Source: the human T2T-CHM13v2.0 reference genome, Homo sapiens. Taken from it: a stretch of DNA of 64,000 bases. The notes under the pieces were generated by a model. That model ran no database searches. It saw only the letters and a program-made list of their open reading frames with translations, and was not told the DNA's origin. Position 1 is the first letter of the stretch; every line of letters starts with the position of its first letter. A program made the translations under genes and the position numbers. The stretch lies in assembly GCF_009914755.1 (NCBI RefSeq), contig NC_060935.1. The stretch is one strand, 5' to 3'. Below, one piece after another: positions 57,529-64,000 of the stretch.

Positions 57529-59439
57529 TTACAAGATCAGAAGAGTCTCCAGCTTAATCTGGGTAGACGCTAGAGGAAGAGCTAAAAAAGACTTGAAGGT
57601 CCCTCCAACACTGAAATTCTGGAACTCTGGAATCCATAATTCAAGAGCAGATAATCATTACAAGATCTTTGATTACATTGTCAAAAATGACATACCCATC
57701 TTCAAGCATCTGTTTCTGACAATTAGCATGTTTTACCAACAATTAGGTCTGCTTTTGAAACATGACTACGAAAGGACTAATATTCTCTGGCAGTTTATGT
57801 TGCCCGGAGAAAGACAGTAATAACAACCAAATGAATTCATGTTGGCCTTGTTGGAAGGGTATGATCTCCTTCTTGTAATTTCAAGGGAAAGAGCCATCCA
57901 ATTTTAAATTGAGGGATTTGGTTTGCAGATGAAGTTATTTATGTGGCCACTGACCACAGTTGTCCAGTTTATTACCATTTGTCTCTTTGGATTGCAGTAG
58001 GTTTGATGTAAATCATTAGTTAGAAAAGTAGAAACTAATCAAGCTTTCCTATAAGGAACACATTTTTGTTCTTTATTTTATAGTCCTTTATATATAGTCC
58101 TTGCATGTCAGATATTTGCAGTATGAATTTCACTACAAAAGTACAATACATTTAAGAGAATAATTTTGATATCCATTTTTACAGCACATTAGAAAACAGA
58201 ATGATGCTTTTGTTATAAGCAGTGCTAATTAAAGCAGATACTTTCAAAGTTACTGTGGAAGAGTGAATCATCATCTCCAACGTAACATGCATTTATAGGG
58301 TTGATTTTTTATTGGATCAGCATAATAACAAAACTGTTGCCAAATTATATTACCTTCAAATAAATGCTTGTGTATTGGACTTTTTTCTTAATAAGCATAC
58401 ACAATTATTTAACGTAATAAGCACATGTTATTTTAAAATGCAATTAGTATATTTTCATTTTATTTTATTTATTTACATGTAGTTGGATTTGTACCAAAAA
58501 GGATAGGAGGCAGAATGCTATATTTTAATTTAAATGTAAGATTTTTAAAATGTATGTAAATAGACTATTCCAGGTCAATAAAAGACACTTAAAATATTAG
58601 CAGCTAACTTCACTCTCCTCTTTCTGTTTATACACAATTTGAGAATAGACTTAAGTTCTTCTACTTTCAATTCCCTAATGGATTTTTGTTTTAGACTGAA
58701 TTAGTCCATGCCAATAGTGGTGATCGAAATTTTTCTGAACATGCAGAATACTACTACTTGTATTAAATGTTACATCTCACACAATCATCTCCAGTGGAGT
58801 CGGGAGCATCAGTGACTCTCCAGTCCTAGGTGTTCTTTCCTTTAAACCCTCAACAGCCAATATTTATTTTCTGAGTGCTTCATCTGCAGCCTTGCAATTT
58901 ATTATGATTGACATTATGGCAGGGTGACTGTTGGATCACCAGGTGAATTCTTTTCATCAATTAGAGCTTGGCAGTCTTGTCAATTGGAAAAATAAGGGCT
59001 GTTATTATTATGGTTACTGTTGTTATTGGATCAGGTACTGAGATTTGACAAGAAAAATGGGTTTATAAATTATTGGCTTGCTAGTCTCTACTCATAAATC
59101 TTTCTTTAACATCTTAACACATAACAGGACATTTTCATTTGCTATGGCTCCACAGAACACTAATTTCTATATTTGAATGAGTTATACTGATTTCCATAGT
59201 CATTAAATGATTTTCAGCAGGAGAATAAATGTGGCAGACCTAAACTAATTACACTTTTCACCCTTGAACATGAAAATGAACTGTCTGTTATTGTCATCAG
59301 ATTGTGTATTACCTGTCTTGTTCAGAAACGGTAAGCATTATGAAAATACAGTTTGGTGATAATAGTAATCAATTATCAAATAGTTATCAATTATTAACTA
59401 TCAAATTAACAATTATCAATAATAGTTATCAATTATGGT

Positions 59440-59610
59440 ACAGCTATTATGTCCCAAGAGCTTACCATAAATTGTCATTTAATCTTCCCAAGAATCATAT
59501 GTCCCAAGACATCTGCTTTACAAATAAAGAAATTGAGGCTCAGATTGATGAATATTCAGCTATTAAACAGCCAAGCTGGGATTTAAACGTGGTTCTATCT
59601 GCCTTCATAG
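59440..59610 (-). mobile_element. MIR
   Basis: tttacaaataaagaaattgaggctcaga...gctgggatttaaac. Confidence 0.75.
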
Positions 59611-59759
59611 TTTGTGCTGTTGAGTTTAAGAGTAACACAGCATAAAACCAAGATCTGCAATCCAAATACTCTAAGAATCCTAAACGATCTATTAAGAATA
59701 CAACATTTATTTACTCTTGCTTAAAAAAATATAAGAAGTTACTTCTAAACATTATGAAG

Positions 59760-60275
59760 AATCAAACAGGCAAATCCAGAATCTGGATCTTTCTTGAATG
59801 TATAGTGGCATCAGAAAAAGCATGAGGGTAAGGGAAAGGGTGACTGTTGTTCTATCTAGATTAAAAGAGACAAGAAATAGAACAACCAAATACAATTTAT
59901 GGACCTTGTTTGGTTACGGATTCAAACAAAACTAGAAAACAATATTTTAGAGACAACTGGAATTATTGGATAATGAATTGGATATTTTAAAATAACAAGA
60001 AACTTTGTCAAGAGTGAGAATGGCCTATATTTATGTAAAATAGAAAAATCTCCATGCCTTTCAGGAATGCAAACTGAACTAGGTAGGGACAAAATAACAT
60101 GCTGTCTGGGATCTGCTTTAAAATACTTCCAAAAAAAAGTTAGAGAAAAGAAGAAAGGCAAGATGAAGCACAGGTGGTGAACTCTTGCTGATTATTTTGT
60201 CTGGGTGATGGGCGTGAGAATTCAATATACAACTCTTGCTACTTGTGTGTATATTTCAATTTTTCCTAGTAAAAG
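59760..60275 (+). mobile_element. L1MC/MD-type 3' UTR fragment
   Basis: aacaaccaaatacaat...ggattcaaacaa; tctgggatctgctttaaaatacttc; ctgggtgatggg. Confidence 0.7.
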
Positions 60276-60420
60276 CACTGAAAAAAACCACTTGCAAGTA
60301 TTTTGTTGATGGCCTCATAAATAGATGCTATAGTTCTTATCTCAAGGCTTTGAATTTTAATGTAATGTTTAGGTCCAAGTGTTAGGATTTCAAGCAGTCG
60401 GTGTTGAAATATTTAGCGTT

Positions 60421-60440
60421 ACACCGCCCTCTTGTGCTTT
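60421..60440 (-). promoter_or_regulatory. Candidate CTCF site
   Basis: Minus strand GCACAAGAGGGCGG vs core CCACCAGGGGGCGC; local CpG retention. Confidence 0.5.
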
Positions 60441-61319
60441 CCACGGAGTTTACGGCTTGATGCATATCCCCTCACTGCCTTCCTCCCACCCAATCTTTCC
60501 TCTTCCACTTCAACAGTTGAGTTTGCCCGCTAGTTTTAAATTTAAATGGAGGTTTTAGAAGGCTCTTAGCCGATAATAGTGTCTTTGTCCACACTGGAAT
60601 CCTGACTGCTTCCTCCCCTGCACTCAAGATTTTCTCCCCTTCATTGCTCTCTCTTAACAGCAAATTGCATAAAAGTGGTAAAAGGGACCCAAAAGCAGCC
60701 AGTTGCCGAGAGTCCAAATGTTTGAAAGGGAAACTCCAACATTTATCAAGCTGAGAAGTTGAGTGTGTTCCGGCAATCTATTTTTTTAATTATTCAATTA
60801 TGAATTCCCAGTTATAAATAATTAATGGATGCTAGTAAGATCTCCTGAGAGGAACATTTGATACATGGCCAAACTGATGAAAGACCCAAATCAAAAATGT
60901 CCTTAAAATGACTTCAACAGGTAAAATTTTTAAAAGTCTAAGAAATTCCTTAAGGCAAAAAATAATATCAAAAGATGGGAAAAGACTTCCCCATCAAAGT
61001 AAAACCAAATAACCAATTATTGTAAAACCAATAATTGGGAAAATCAAGTTTTCTTTATCAAACTGTTATTTTGACCAATCTGTTTTATGAGCCAACTAAT
61101 TTCAACCAGATTTCTTTCTTCCAAATCATTTGGCTAAATTGCTTTCAATTTGCATTCAGTCAAATCCTGTGCTACCCACACAGTCAATAAATATAAGGGA
61201 TTTAGGCATCAAAATGAGATTTTTAACCTCTTTTACCCAGAAATGGTATGAATCCAATTTATACTCTTAAATATCCTGTTTGGTTTTTCAGTCTTCTCAT
61301 AGCCATAGAATTTGCTTCT

Positions 61320-61470
61320 CACAAAAAGCTGGGAGATAAACGGGTCTGAATTATTATTCCTGTATTATGCCCAAGGAAATGGAGGTACAATGACATAAAA
61401 GGCTCTGCCTAAGGCCACAAAGCTAGTAAGTGGCAAAGCTAGGATGAGACCTCAGATCTCTCAGGCTCCT
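61320..61470 (-). mobile_element. MIR
   Basis: tgcctaaggccacaaagctagtaagtggcaaagctagga. Confidence 0.75.
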
Positions 61471-61842
61471 CTGCTGGGGCCAGTTCCACCACAACAGTGC
61501 CAAGAATGTAGACCCTGCTTTGCTCTTAGCAAAGGAGCCTAGAACAGGGTTTGGGAACATTCACATTCAGTTTCAAGGCACTAACCAGATGCTCTCAGAT
61601 CCTGCTGTGGAAGCTGAGAGAAACAAGTGAGTTTTAAGAGTGCAGTTGACGTATCTATCTGTTAACATGCGTGCATACCTGCCTGCATGTGTGTATGTGT
61701 GACCAAGTGCATTTAGCCTCTACAATATGAAGATATGGAAGATACAAAAAGGATTCCGATCAATATTATCAAGCGTGTAACATTCTCAAGTATTCTCTTG
61801 CTCTCCAAGTTGTCCAATATAGTCAAGGAAAGCTGATCCACA

Positions 61843-61970
61843 TTTGTTCATTCACTCATGCAACATATTATTTAATGCCTTGGTGATTAGGTACTGTTCT
61901 AGGTGTTAGGGATGCAACGGTGAACAAAACAATGTTCCTGCTTTCATAGAATGTTCATTCTAGTAAGACA
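61843..61970 (-). mobile_element. L2 3' end
   Basis: ttcattcactcatgcaac...ggtactgttctaggtg...gtgaacaaaaca...cattctagt. Confidence 0.75.
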
Positions 61971-62194
61971 GTTGGCAAGTAATATAGCACAATATGCAAA
62001 TGAGAGATAAATTTTGGTGGCTTCGACTATGGTGACCCTGACCAATACCCAGAGAAAGGAGAAATCAATGAAACTTTGAATAGATAGAAATGTGCTACTC
62101 TTACCTAGAGCGACAACCAACCAAGGTCATATTTTTTAGAGCATGTATATTACATTAGGGAGTAGTTGTGTCATTTCTGGGAATACTAGTTTTA

Positions 62195-62415
62195 TAAGAA
62201 AAGCCTGAAACTGGATTCAAATTCTGATTGTTCCGTTTACAAATTGTGTGCTCTCAGATGAGTTATTTCATGGTTTTTACAGTTTCCCCAAAATAGTAGT
62301 GCCTATCTCATTTCTACTTAATAGAGCTACTATGACAGTTAGAAGATAAAACAGATAAGACATGGAAAGCGCTTAGCACAGGGATAGACACAAAGTAAGA
62401 AATTAATAAATATAA
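62195..62415 (+). mobile_element. MIR
   Basis: ctggattcaaattctg...gcgcttagcacag...aataaat. Confidence 0.65.
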
Positions 62416-62606
62416 CTGCCACGTCAGTTTGGATTACTTCTGTTGCAAGAGATTGCAATGAGAAAAGAATTTACCGGCCTGCATAATCATAGCAAACAAG
62501 GCCTTAGGACCCAATTTCTCTCTCTGTTGGTTGACTGCGCTTTACTTCTGCTCTGCCCTCACTCCTTGATAGATCTTCCCAAGGTGGCATGATGGCTTAC
62601 ATGAGA

Positions 62607-63441
<835 letters not shown>

Positions 63442-64000
63442 GTTTCTGGTGACCACAAAGGGACGGCTGGACACCTCACTCATTTCAGATCCTGCTGATG
63501 GGATCCAGGGAAACTGACAAAAGCCAGAAAAAGGTAAGCATTCTCCCAAAGTCAGCTTTCTCAGATCTCTGTTTGTAGCACCCAGTTAAGAGACAAAGGT
63601 AAAAATTTCTCCTTGTCACTTTTTCTTTTCCATATTCATATTTGCAGAAGAAAAACTTGCAAACATTAGTTCTTTGGATTATGATTCTTGCACATTTGGC
63701 TAACTTGGTTTTGAGGTACATCTTGTTTACTGATTCTTTCCATGCCAGAGACAGCTACTGCTTTCCTAGTTATCTCATTTTGCATCCTGAGAGCTTGGCT
63801 TGGCTTTCTGCCTGCCAGGGAAATGTGCAGACAGTCAACCATCAGGTTGTTGGCCCTGAGAATATGGCCTGATGGAAATGTAGGTTGCATCTCATTCTCC
63901 GCTAATGTCTTACTGACTGTTGCCAGCCCTCAAGAAGGGCCATCTAAGTCTGTCTTTCTTGTGGCTATCTTTGGGAGTGGTCTGGATCTTGAAAGGCTGC
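63442..64000 (+). mobile_element. ERV internal leader with tRNA-Arg-type PBS (63447-63464) and splice donor (AG|GTAAGC, GT at 63534); runs off window
   Basis: tggtgaccacaaagggac vs TGGCGACCACGAAGGGAC (two CpG-type changes), immediately after the LTR CA end. Confidence 0.75.

Overview
Primate (human-like) non-coding DNA, intergenic or deep intronic. I see no supportable protein-coding exon, RNA gene or CpG island. Every ORF with recognisable homology comes from a repeat: Alu read-through, L1 ORF2, Charlie1 transposase, or the ERV integrase remnant I translated by hand. Much of the window is interspersed repeat: about 24 Alu/FAM/FLAM copies, L1s from old L1M to young L1PA, ERV1 LTRs (MER34/39, MER57, MER4, MER65-like), ERVL/MaLR LTRs, hAT/Tc-mariner fossils, and many MIR/L2 fragments. 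Subfamily names are recalled from consensus sequences, not computed. The most informative signals are structural: (1) a four-level nested ERV stack at 1.7-8.1 kb that holds two templated or snap-back insertion scars; (2) a ~110-bp twin-primed L1PA; (3) a three-arm Alu inside one TSD; (4) a tailless Alu; (5) one L1-endonuclease target used twice. Several repeat-free islands carry dense TF motifs and there is one likely CTCF site. I found no convincing evidence of a new biological system, and I could not identify the locus.
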